Of a stretch of DNA of 64,000 bases, positions 38,033-49,329 are shown one piece after another (the stretch's first letter is position 1; every line of letters starts with the position of its first letter). The position numbers and the translations under genes were made by a program. This DNA comes from Eledone cirrhosa (lineage: Eukaryota): assembly GCA_964016885.1 (NCBI GenBank), contig OZ024745.1, positions 101,556,001-101,620,000 of the forward strand, read 5' to 3'. A model generated the notes under the pieces. That model made no database searches. It saw nothing but the letters and a program-made list of their open reading frames with translations, and was not told the DNA's origin.

Positions 38033-38613
38033 TCATGTAAAAGTTATTTATTTTGTTTATTCCTTCAGAATTCTTGATTATTTTCAAAATTTATTGAAAC
38101 CTATGAACAGTGTATTTCATTAGAAATTTGATCATAAAATGGTTGAAGCCCAGAAAATAGGGCTAAGTGGGAGGTTTTTAATAAGACTGTGAAAACAAAT
38201 AAAACAAACAAAAGTAGAGCTGGTCATTTTCTGAAAAATTCCGCTACTTAAGATCAGTGTTGTAACCTTATTTTAGAGGGTAGTCCACAAAATTCATAGG
38301 AAACCTTCATGATATATATCTATTTTTAATTGCAGTATACATCACAGTAGGGCATAAAACTACCCATGTACTAAAGGTTGTCCAGTTGAACTGTATTGGA
38401 TATGATACATTGTTTGTAATGTGGTTGGTGTTAGGAAGGGCATCCAGCCGTAGAAAACCCACCAGACAATCCTATATGAGCAAGACAACCAATCTTGCCT
38501 CTAGTGGGAAAAATTCCCGTCCAAACCCATATAAGCGTGGAAGATGGACGTTAAACGATGATGATGATGATGATGATTCATGTTTTTTTTTTTGTCTTTG
38601 TTTCTACTTTCAG

Positions 38614-38678
38614 ATTCCACTGGTCGAGTTCGGAAGAAATGGAGTGATAACCCCATGAACATTGAAATGCCAATTTCT
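38614..38678 (+). CDS. Probable host-gene exon (STGRVRKKWSDNPMNIEMPIS)
   Basis: Strong polypyrimidine tract + TTTCAG acceptor and GTAAGT donor. Only the phase 1-0 frame is open. Confidence 0.7.
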
Positions 38679-39968
38679 GTAAGTTTTTTTTTTTTGTCTG
38701 TTTGTCTGTCTGGCACTTTTATAATTTTAATTTTGCTTTAAATGTTTGAAAACTATGAAAAATATACTAAAATCTTTTTTCTTCGTTCTGTGTTTCTGTC
38801 TGGCTGTCTATCTTTCTCTTTGGGTCATGAAGGCAGAGTCTTCAAGCGGGCCTTCCAGTGGGTCCTGTCAAAGCAACTATCTCCAATTGATTCTGCTGGA
38901 TCCCTAAGCGAGGCCAACCAAGCTCATGGATGTTATCCAACCCTCTTGCTCAGATTCTACACCTGGGTCTCCTGCTAGTTGATTTTGCCCGTAAAATATG
39001 TTCAGTGTTTCTTTCCTGAGATATTCTAACCTTATGTCTGTAATGTCAGCGCTGTGATCTCTCAATTCGAAGAAGTATATAAATATTTTCAAGTTATATA
39101 ATGAATGATTTTAAGTATTCCAATATTATTGTTCATAAATTTGCACACAATGTCCTTGGAGATAGTTAATTCAAGAGTAAACTTGTTTGAAGTTCTCTAG
39201 TGAATGATTTAAGCATCTCTTTTATTGTTCCTAAATTTATACAGAATGTCCTCAGAGATAGGTAATTCAAGTAAACTCTTTGAAGTTCAATGTTGAATGA
39301 ATATTCAATATTTGATGCTTTAAGTCTATTCTCTTATTCTCCTTGACATTAAACAAAACTATCTTGCATCTGATGGAGCTAGCAAAGTTCACTAAGGATC
39401 TTTGGTGTGTAGATCAGGCATATCTAACAAAGGTCTGTTCTCAGTTTTCTTCTATTCATCTTAGTCTTCAAAGCTGCTGCAAGGAAACACAAGACTGGTT
39501 ACCCTTGGGAAATTTTTGCATGTTGTCGATCTGATTATCATTGCAAAATCTATTTAAAATGTACATAAGAAGTTTGAAACTTCAAAGAATGGGCATGAAT
39601 AATATTTGATAAAAAAAGAATAAAAGCCTGAAAAGGAATATGTTTAAAGAAAATGGCATTGTTTGGTGTAAAGGAGATTATTTAACAAACAAACACTATA
39701 GTTATTTGAACAATGAATACACAAAAGTCATTGAGGGATATATAGACTGATTGAAAAGCAGAATTTTATGTGGGCCCCAAACACACTGGAGAATCTAATA
39801 TTTGCCATCATTGATTGAAAACCACAAGCTGTTTAAATGAATAACTGTGATGTGAATTAACTAATTAGTGTTGTTACATTAGTTTTATCATTTTAACTAT
39901 ATACTTAAAGAGAGATGGAAAACCTTTAAGGATCTGCCATGTGTTAAGATGTTATATTAGTTGTTTGA

Positions 39969-40197
39969 TTAACCCTTTAGCATTTACATTATTCTACTAT
40001 TATATTTTCATGGTAAAGGCTTTATCTCACATAGTTATCTTACATAATATGGAATCTATGAGATTTTGATGATGATATTATTTATTTTGAGAACAATACC
40101 TTAATGTCAGTATGAGTGGCCAGTTATGGTTGGTTTGAACAGAAAGAGATGAGAGAATTCTGGCTGGATATGGCTGGTTTAAATACTAAAGGGTTAA
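39969..40197 (-). mobile_element. MITE family 1
   Basis: TTAA-flanked TIRs, reverse orientation. Confidence 0.9.
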
Positions 40198-40249
40198 GGT
40201 GGTGGATTACTGACCACATAGTCATACTAATGTCATTGTGTCCTTTATC

Positions 40250-40915
40250 TATCATCATCATCATCCTTCGACTCCTCTGTGGGCAGTCGGAACTCTCTTG
40301 ACAATCACTTTCCACACTGTTCGGTCCTGCATTGCTGTCCCCAGATACCTTATTTCCAACCCTGAGTCCCAAGCTATGGTGTCTGGGAAAGTCAGTTTTC
40401 ATGAATCAACACATCCAGAGGGATGCCACAGAAGGAGAGATGAAATGATTTCTTTGTCGGCTCGATGACAGTGACCAGCAAACTGTAGTCTTTTTTGCTT
40501 GAGTCTGAGGAATATTGGAATCAAATCTCTGTACATAGTTTCAAGTGTTGCATGTGATCTCCAGCTTGTTTTTGATTCTTCTGAGCAGATTTGTATATGC
40601 TTCATCCAGCCATCTTTCAAGACGAACAGATAAGGTCCATGTTTCTGATCCATAAAGTAGTACTGGTTCAATCAATGTTCGAAAGATTTGGACTTTTAAG
40701 GAGGATGATAAATTTGAGCACCAAGTTTTGTCAAGCCTGTTGTGCGCATCCCATGCTAGAGCGTTACGAATGTTGACATCTTTTTGGAAGTCTATGACAT
40801 GAGAGCCAAGGTATTTAAAGTTCTCAACCCTTTTGATGGATGTATTATTGAGTGAGAACCTGTATCTATGCTAGGCACACAACTGTGCTTTCTCTGGGTC
40901 TTCCGACTGACAATA
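40250..40915 (-). mobile_element. 3' fragment of a third RTE-like LINE family
   Basis: RVENFKYLGS, LLYGSETWTL, KRLQFAGHCHRA, LLLWHP, and a (GAT)n tail. Confidence 0.8.
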
Positions 40916-41340
40916 TCAGAGTTCTCTTATGCAGCATAGTTCAGTGACTAGTTGAAGGGCAACATTCAACTGGTGGAAAGAAAACAAAAAACAACTGCTA
41001 TTATTAAGACAAGTAAGCAGCCCACCTAAGCAAGCATGGAAAAATGGGTTTAAAGTATTTAAAAAAAAAATGAAAATGAGATATAAGTGTGATACTGTAT
41101 GGCCATAAGACATGGGAAGTGAATATGAAAGAACTATAGTGAATGATGAAGAATGAGTAGAGTGTGGTACTTTAGGTGTGTAGTATATAAAACTAGTGTT
41201 ACTCATCATATGGTTGGTAATTTTGGGAGTATATCTTTGTTACTGTGGATAACAGTAGGTATATACATAAAAGTGTATAAACATTTAAATAGTCTACCAT
41301 GGCTTACTAGTTCTACACGGATATTTAACTTAAATATATA

Positions 41341-41684
41341 TCGTCATCATCATCATTTCATTTTACGTCCGCTTTTCCCTGCTTACAAGGGTGGGACGGG
41401 AACTGATTCTGGCTTGATTTCTACAGCTGGATGACCTTCCTAACACCAACCTCATTTACAGTGAGTGCTGGGTGCTTTTTTTGCCGTGGCACCTCTACGA
41501 CCACTTTGCAGTGGAATGATAGGGACCCCAGTCCTATCATCTCATTTCTACAGCTGAGTAAACTGGAGCAATGTGAAATAAAGTGTCTTGCTCAAGGAAA
41601 CAACATATCACCCGATCTGAGAATTGAAGTCACAACCTTTCGATTGCAAGGCCAATGCTCTTACCACTAAGCCATGTGCCTCCA
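41341..41684 (-). mobile_element. SINE family B, full length
   Basis: tRNA head, CORE-like domain, RTE-B-type tail. Confidence 0.93.
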
Positions 41685-41703
41685 TATATATATATATAAT
41701 ATA

Positions 41704-41934
41704 CTAGCTGGCCTGTCCGGCTGGCGCCTGGCTAGGTATACCTACCCCTACCACTCCACCGCAAAGATACCATTCACCCTCCCGTGTCACATTGTCCTTC
41801 CGACTCTCTCTCAATAACTAACACTTTAATTGTATCTCTCTCTGTCTAACGGCCTATCTCTCTCTTTTACCCTCCCTCTGTTTTTCTGTCTCTCTCTATA
41901 GATGTGTGTGTGTGTAGTTTTCCTAATCTTTCTC

Positions 41935-41979
<45 letters not shown>

Positions 41980-42217
41980 GTGTATATATTGAAGTGAGAT
42001 ACGGAAACTAAAACAGTGTTGTCATATAGTGAGTAAAGCAGTTAAATTTTAGAGAGGGGGAATGATCTTACATACATACATACGTACATACATATAAAGT
42101 ATAGATATGTGTATAGGTTTGTGTATGTGTGCATGTGTGTGTCTGTGTCTTTTGTTTTGATGTTATCCGGCAATTGGCGAAATCAGGTGTGAAAGTATGT
42201 GTATTTGTGTGTGTAGA

Positions 42218-42251
<34 letters not shown>

Positions 42252-42903
42252 TACTTATGTCAGCGGCGACAGAAAAAGTGTGTGGGATACATACATTATT
42301 ATATTTGTCTGTATTTTCGTTCTGCAACCATTATATTATGATATTTGTATCCAAATGATTTTAGATGTATGTATTACCTGCTTGCCCATCTCTCTGTTTC
42401 TCTTTCCCTGTCTCTCTCTCCCCTCTCTCTCTCTTTAGATGTGTGTGTGTGTGTAGTTTTCCTAATCTGTCTCTTTCACTCTCTGTCTCTCTAAGAGATG
42501 TATGTATTACCTGCTTGTGTGTTGACCAAATTTGAAGGAGGTTATCCTTTTGAAATAAACATACATACAACACTCATCTCTATGTTGACATATTGTAAGT
42601 AGATACGGAAAGTAAAAGAGTGTTGTCATATAGAGAGTGAGGAGAGACAGAGTAATGCAGTTAAATTATAGAGAGGGTGAAAGAGGCAGAGAGAGAGAGA
42701 GAGACAACGATCAGCTTTATAATATTTGAGAGTGAATAGTGACAGAAAGAGTAAAGCAGTTAAATTATAGAGAGGGGGAATGATCTATTATAGAGAGAGG
42801 GAAGAGCGACGGAGAGAGTAAAGCTAAGAAACTATAGAGAGGTGTGTCGGATACATACATACATAATACATACACACAACACTCGGCTTTATAATATTAT
42901 AGA
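41704..42903 (-). mobile_element. Non-autonomous Helitron, microsatellite-rich
   Basis: Minus strand: A|TCTATAATATTATAAAGCCGAG 5' end, GC-rich subterminal segment and CTAG|T. Internal duplications. Confidence 0.8.
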
Positions 42904-43086
42904 TATATATCACAAAGAGGGGGTGGTAAGATACCAGGTGGACCATAACGCACCAGAGTACTCAATACCAAGGGTAGTATAGTGGGTAATAGGAAAAGAG
43001 TCAAGACCCCGACAGCTAGATCTAGCTGTCGAAACGGCCAGAGCTCAGTTGGCAGGGTCCTGACTCTTTTCCTATATATATATATA

Positions 43087-43431
43087 TCATCATCATCATC
43101 ATCATCATCATTTTACGTCCACTTTTCCCTGCTTGCAAGGGTGGGACGGGAACTGATTCTGGCTTGATTTCTACAGCTGGATGCCCTTCCTAACACCAAC
43201 CTCATTTACAGTGAGTGGTGGGTGCTTTTTTTGCCGTGGCACCTCCACAACCACTTTGCAGAGGAATGATAGGGACCCCAGTCCCTAACCTCTCATTTCT
43301 ACAGCTGAGTAAACTGGAGCAATGTGAAATAAAGTGTCTTGCTCAAGGAAACAACACATCACCCGGTCTGAGAATTGAACTCACAACCTTTCGATTGCAA
43401 GCCCAATGCTCTAACCACTAAGCCATGTGCC
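43087..43431 (-). mobile_element. SINE family B, full length, between (TA)n tracts
   Basis: Near-identical to the other B copies. Confidence 0.93.
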
Positions 43432-43461
43432 TTTTATTTCATATATATATATATATATATA

Positions 43462-43937
43462 CACCTCTCCAAGACAATGTCACTGGACCGAGACCTTTGG
43501 CGGTACTCAGTAACAGAGAAGACCCGCCTTACCTAAATATATAGTAAAACCTACTCCAGCCAGTAGGCATCTCTAACAAAATACACCCCGTCCCACCACC
43601 ACCACCCCCACCCGATCCACACCACCCCGTTCTATGTAAAGTTATGTTGGTGCCGCGCCATCGAGGCCGAAACAAATGAGATCGTGTAGGTGTCACGACA
43701 AAAAAACACACAGTCCACGCTGTAATGTGGCCGTGTAGGCAACACGGTAAAAACCTCCCAGACCCACACTGTAAATGTGGTTGGTGTTAGGAAGGGCATC
43801 CAACTGTAGAAAACCTGCCAGACAGTCCTATGCGAGCAAGACAATCACTCTTGCCTCAAGTGGGACTACCCCCGTCCAAACCCATGCAAGCGTGGAACAC
43901 GGACGTTAAACGTTGATGATGATGATGATGATGATGA
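43462..43937 (+). mobile_element. Severely 5'-truncated RTE family A (last codons + 3' UTR + tail)
   Basis: LSKTMSLDRDLWRYSVTEKTRLT then a 3' UTR nearly identical to 33186-33570. Confidence 0.9.
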
Positions 43938-44064
43938 TAGATATATATATATATATATATGAAATACGTCCCTTCACGCACAAGGCGCCAAGGTACGCAT
44001 GTATTGTCCAACCAAGTGCCAATGTGGTTCAATGGCGGGTTAATAAATTAACGAGCCAGAACAA

Positions 44065-44323
44065 ATATAAACAAGGTTTAGTAAATAATGAAAAAGTTTC
44101 AAAATAAATTTTAAAAAATTGACTTTACCTACTTCTTTGAATGAAAAGAACCTTCTGACGAGAATCTCTCTTTGCAACGAAGGCCGTATGGTCTCCGTTT
44201 TATTTTTGGGATTCGAAACCGATCGGTAAAGGTAACTTTTATTTCAAAATAAATTTTAAAAAGTTAGGTAAAGTCAATTTTTTAAAATTTATTTTGAAAC
44301 TTTTTCATTATTTACTAAACCTT

Positions 44324-44331
<8 letters not shown>
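44065..44331. repeat. Perfect 67-bp inverted repeat enclosing HHR-1
   Basis: 44065-44131 is the reverse complement of 44265-44331. Confidence 0.95.
44150..44233 (+). ncRNA. Type I hammerhead ribozyme (HHR-1)
   Basis: Stem I ACCTT/AAGGT, core CTGACGA (44155-61), stem II GAATCTC/GGGATTC, GAAA (44215-18), palindromic stem III ACCGATCGGT, GUA cleavage triplet. Confidence 0.85.
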
Positions 44332-44364
<33 letters not shown>

Positions 44365-44380
44365 AAAAGAGTCATGTGTG

Positions 44381-44412
<32 letters not shown>

Positions 44413-44698
44413 GTAATAATAGGTAAATAAAAATTCAAGGTGTAGAGCAACTCAAGCCAGTAGGGCGAGGAGTTTGAATATTGATATTTAGATCAGTCCT
44501 ACAACACCATACGAGATAAATATGTTTCGTTGATCATTGATGACCAACTTGTTCAACCTGTTCCAATGAAAAGGGACTGGAAAATCTTTTTCCCCATTTC
44601 ATTGGCATAGGTTGAGCAAGCTGGTCATCAACGAAACATATATACCTGCTATGATGTTGTAGTAGTACTTACTTCAATATATATATATATGAAGTAAG

Positions 44699-45046
44699 AG
44701 GCACATGGCTTAGTGGTAAGAACATTGGCCTTGCAATCGAAAGGTTGTGAGTTCAATTCTCAGACCGGGTGATGTGTTGTTTCCTTGAGCAAGACACTTT
44801 ATTTCAAATTGCTCCAGTTTACTCAGCTGTAGAAATGAGATGATAGGGACTGGGGTCCCTATCATTCCACTGCAAAGTGGTCGTGGAGGTGCCACGGCAA
44901 AAAAGCACCCAGCACTCACTGTAAATGAGGTTGGTGTTAGGAAGGGCATCCAGCTGTAGAAATCAAGCCAGAATCAGTTCCCGTCCCACCCTTGCAAGCA
45001 GGGAAAAAGTGGACGTAAAATGAAATGATGATGATGATGATGATGA
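44699..45046 (+). mobile_element. SINE family B, full length
   Basis: Head to (ATG)n tail. Confidence 0.93.
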
Positions 45047-45052
45047 AATAAC

Positions 45053-45126
45053 TATTTCATCTGATGAACAAGCTGGACGTTTCTGTAATGATCGTCTAGC
45101 TTCCTGAAACCTCTGGTAATGGAATA
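45053..45126 (+). ncRNA. Type I hammerhead ribozyme (HHR-2)
   Basis: Stem I TATTTCAT/ATGGAATA, core CTGATGA (45061-67), stem II AAGCTGGACG/CGTCTAGCTT, GAAA (45106-09), minimal stem III CC-TCT-GG, GUA triplet. Confidence 0.8.
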
Positions 45127-45246
45127 ATTATATTGTATTGTTTATTATGTAATTAAATAGCTCTGTACTATATATAAGCACTCTTCTTTCCTTCACCTTT
45201 CCTACGGAAATACTTAACGCACGCGCACACACACACACACACACAC

Positions 45247-45509
45247 ACAGCTGGATGCCCTTCCTAACACCAACCTCATTTACAGTGAGTGCTGGGTGAT
45301 TTTTTTGCCGTGGCACCTCCACGACCACTTTGCAGTGGAATGATAGGGACCCCAGTCCCTATCATCTCATTTCTACAGCTGAGTAAACTGGAGCAATGTG
45401 AAATAAAGTGTCTTGCTCAAGGAAACAACACATCACCTGGTCTGAGAATTGAACTCACAACCTTTCGATTGCAAGGCCAATGCTCTAACCACTAAGCCAT
45501 GCGCCTCCA
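45247..45509 (-). mobile_element. SINE family B lacking its tail (abuts a (CA)n tract)
   Basis: Near-identical to the 44699 copy, inverted. Confidence 0.92.
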
Positions 45510-46622
45510 TTATATATATATATTCCATTAATCAAAAAGAATGAAGAAAAGAAAACATAGCTTTGTATAGATGCCCAGTCGATGACAATTACTTGTTTGT
45601 GATTGTATATGTGTGTGTATAGAAGTGTTTATGTATGTGGGTGCATGTATACTAGTATACTGTTCCTTTGTCAATTTATCTCTCTCACTTTTTGCCTGTT
45701 TTTCTACTCAGTATGTATACTCCTCCTTCAGCCTACATGTTAATTTTGTCACTCTCTCTTTATATGTTGTCAAATGTGACAGTAGACCAATGAATCAACA
45801 TGCATAAAGATCTTTAATGTTATATAACTTTATTTTCAACATCTCGCCGAGGTTAACTTTGCCGTTCATCCTTACGGGGTCGATAAAATAAAGTACCAGT
45901 AATACACTGGGTAATTGCTGGCCTTGCGCCAAAAGTAGAAACAATTATATATTAAAGATAAAATTGCCTTAAGTAGAGAAAGTTACTTAACTCTAAAAAC
46001 ATTGGGAGTCAACAGGTAATTTGTGAACAAATTGTGATATGAATGGATGATGTTTGTTGGGTGAATAAATGTCAAGAGATGAGAGTGCAGAGTAACTTTG
46101 CTTGATGTTGGTCAGCCCCACCAATGAGTGATAATCAAGCAGACATACGATCAATGGCATTCCAGCTATCATCATTGTATTGTTTTTTTTGTTTTTTTTC
46201 TAGGAAATTTGTACATCTGACTACATTATGCAATATGTCTTTCTTTTTTTATGATGGGGGTGTTCTGTGGGATATTTTGTTATTGCTAGGAAGTTGAGCA
46301 ACCCTAGAGAGGCTTTTTTTATAGTTTCAGACTATAAAAGAAAATTTTAAGATGAACTATGTCAGACTTGAGAATGACTGGACCTCACAGAGGAGATAGC
46401 ACAAGATTAAAATTCAAAGAGAGTCGTTGATGAAGATTAAAATTTTGCAGACAATGACTTTAATTATGATATTTAATTACATAATGGATAAATTGTATAT
46501 CTTGGGACATTGTGGAATTTGAATAAAACTTGTTGGTTAATTACATATGCAAATAATGTCAATTTTGCTGACTTCAGTTAAACTAACTGGAAAAAACTCT
46601 AGTATAATATTGAACATTTGAT

Positions 46623-46849
46623 TTAACCCTTTAGCATTTAAACCGGCCATATCCGACCAGAGTTCTCTCACCACTTTCTATTCAAACTGGCTGTAACTGG
46701 CCACTCATACTGATGTTAAGGTATTATTCTCAAAATTAATAATAACAAAATCTCATAGATTTGATATTATGAGATAATTATGTGAGGTAAAGCCTTAACC
46801 ATGAAAATATAATAGTAAATATAGATTAATGTAAATGCTAAAGGGTTAA
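46623..46849 (+). mobile_element. MITE family 1
   Basis: Perfect TTAA-CCCTTTAGCATTTA TIRs. Confidence 0.9.
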
Positions 46850-47156
46850 AATGAATAATTCTGGAAGTTTCCATTTCCCTGAGGAATTAAAATAGTTAGT
46901 ACTTCATGTTTACAAACAGCCAATGTCAAGAGTCAAATGTATTATTATATTTTTATCATCTCAACGAAAAACTGCTATAGTTCAGATTCCAGTGTATTTT
47001 TTTAATCTTATTTTTAATTGTATGATAACATTTTTCAGCAAATATACCTTGATTGTGTATATAATTTGTGGAAAGTTAGGTTGATATCAAGAAGGGGATG
47101 AACACTATTTTTATGTCTATTTCTTTATTTTAGTTTCCAAATTGAATACATTAGCC

Positions 47157-47318
47157 TAGGGTTTCCCAAACTTTTTCAAACACAGAACCCCTTTGATTTC
47201 AGAAACTTTTGGGGAACCCCAAAGTCTAATACTGTTATATGGTCGTAATATAAATATACTCCTCTATCTTTTTTCATGGAACCCTTGGGTTCTGTGGAAC
47301 ACACTTAGGGAACCACTG
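47157..47318. mobile_element. hAT-type MITE (162 bp)
   Basis: TIRs TAGGGTTTCCCAA / TAGGGAACCACTG, 8-bp TSD CATTAGCC/CATTAACC, internal GGAACCC repeats. Confidence 0.8.
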
Positions 47319-48589
47319 CATTAACCTATGATGAACTCAATTAAGGTTTTCTTGACCCATTTGACTCTAGTCGTTATTGTTAAATGATTCCAAATGTGTG
47401 AAAGCTATTGTCTGGTTCTATGAATCTGGTTGAGCTTAGTTAATTGGAGAATAACAAAGTGAATTGAAAAACTCCAGAGGGGATAAGTCAAATAACTGTC
47501 ATGTCAATATATATCAATAAAAGAATGTGTGGGACATGAGTAAATTAGGTGTACATAAAGATTATTGTCTGTAAAAAATGATATAACCTATAGATGTGTA
47601 ACACAACTACAATACTGTACAATATTGAAATTTTGTAATTTATTGCAGATTCATTTACTTCCATACTTAGGTGAAATTGCATAAGAATTTCAATGACTGA
47701 GGTTAGGCAATTAAGTAGAATCAACTGTATTTCTGAATAGTTTTCTGATCATATGAAGACTTTACTGATTACTATTGAAGATAATACGTCAGTTATTATC
47801 TTAACAAATATCATTTAGGGATGTTTGGTAGCTGAGAAATGGCTATTTTTATAAGATCTCTTTATTAAATTCAGAAGATACAGTCCAATTTTCATGTGTT
47901 CATGATTTGTAGTGAACATATCTGTCTGGAAGTATTCCTTTCATGTACAAACTCTTTCCTTTTTGATTATATGTATTAGTTCCAGTTCAGTAATATCGTG
48001 ATGGCAACTATTAGTATTCACTGTATTGATATTATCACAGAATTTTGATTAAGGTAAGGTGATTGATGCTACAGGTAGAAGAGGGGGTGTTAGTTATATA
48101 GAAATCAGTGTGTGTGAGTGTAAGGGGAAACCAAAGTAAAACTTCTGGCACTTTTATTTTCATATTGCCTATTACAAGATGTAAGTTTACTATTATTTTG
48201 TTCAATAATGGGCTAGCAATGACTTAGTTGGATTTAATTACAAGCAATAATATTTCAGGTTTTCTTTACTGACATGTCTGTTTAACCTTCCATGGAGACT
48301 TGTTATATTGAAAATATCTTTGAGCTTTATAATATAGAAGCTGAATAGCTTAAGTTGGTGGCTTATATAAATGTGTTCAAAACTTTGTCAGAGCCATTGT
48401 ACTCTAGCCATTAAAAGACAGAATCAATGAGGGAACGTATATATGGTTACTCAGTCTGCTGGAAATAAGTTAGATTTTCAATTCTCATTCTATTGTCTTA
48501 CGAAAAAAAAAAAAGACAAATTGGTCTGTTAGCTGAGATATACTATGTCTGGAAAAAGATGGGATGGTCATGGCTTGAACACTTTGATT

Positions 48590-48843
48590 ATATTGTGTGC
48601 AAGAGAGAAGACTGTCTGTACAGACAAGTGATGTGCATGTATGATGATCGCTAGGTGAAGTGCCAGGAATGTCAGTGGAAGGAAGCCGCAGTAGAGGAAG
48701 ACCAAGAAAGACCTGAACAGAGGTGGTGAGAGTTGATTTCAAATCACTGAGACTCACAGAGGAGATGGCAAAGGAATGCTGTGCTGAAAAGGACCCGTCC
48801 AACCCATGTGAGCTTGGAGAAACAGATGTAAAAATGATGATGA
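48590..48843 (+). mobile_element. Old RTE 3' end
   Basis: VEGSRSRGRPRKT*TEVVRVD..., with an (ATG)n tail. Confidence 0.75.
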
Positions 48844-49067
48844 AGTAATCAGGCATGTCCTTGTTACTAAACAACAACACAAGGAAGTATTTCTCATGTC
48901 CACCTTCCCTTATATTATATAATTGAAACAATGTACCATTCTTTTGTGGTTGTTGTTGGCATTTTTATTTTTTGATTGGAAGTTATTGAAACCAGGGTGG
49001 CAACTAACCAGTAATAAAGCAGCCCACCAAGAAAACAATTTGTTAGGTGGGAAAGAAAATGTAATGT

Positions 49068-49293
49068 TTCACCCTTTAACATTTAAACTGGCTGTATCCG
49101 GCCAGAATTCTCTTGCTTCTTTCTGTTCAAACCAGCCATAACCAGCCTCTTATACTGACATTAAGGTATTGTTTTCAAGATAAATATCAAAATCTCATTG
49201 ATTCAATATTATGTGAGATAATTGTGTCAGATAAAGACTTTACCACGAAAACACAATAGTATATATAGAGTAATGTAAATGCTAAAGGGTTAA
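49068..49293 (+). mobile_element. MITE family 1
   Basis: Homology to the family, right TIR intact. Confidence 0.85.
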
Positions 49294-49329
49294 TAAATTT
49301 AAAAAAACATCAGCAGAAGATTTAAAAGA

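Noticed and set aside
43215-43421. Recurrent ORF ...SKLEQCEIKCLAQGNNTSPGLRIELTTFRLQ in many places
   Set aside because: Antisense translation of SINE B, not a gene family.
46331-46399. Candidate terminal exon TIKENFKMNYVRLENDWTSQRR*
   Set aside because: Phase fits exon 38614, but part resembles decayed RTE 3' sequence and there is no other support.
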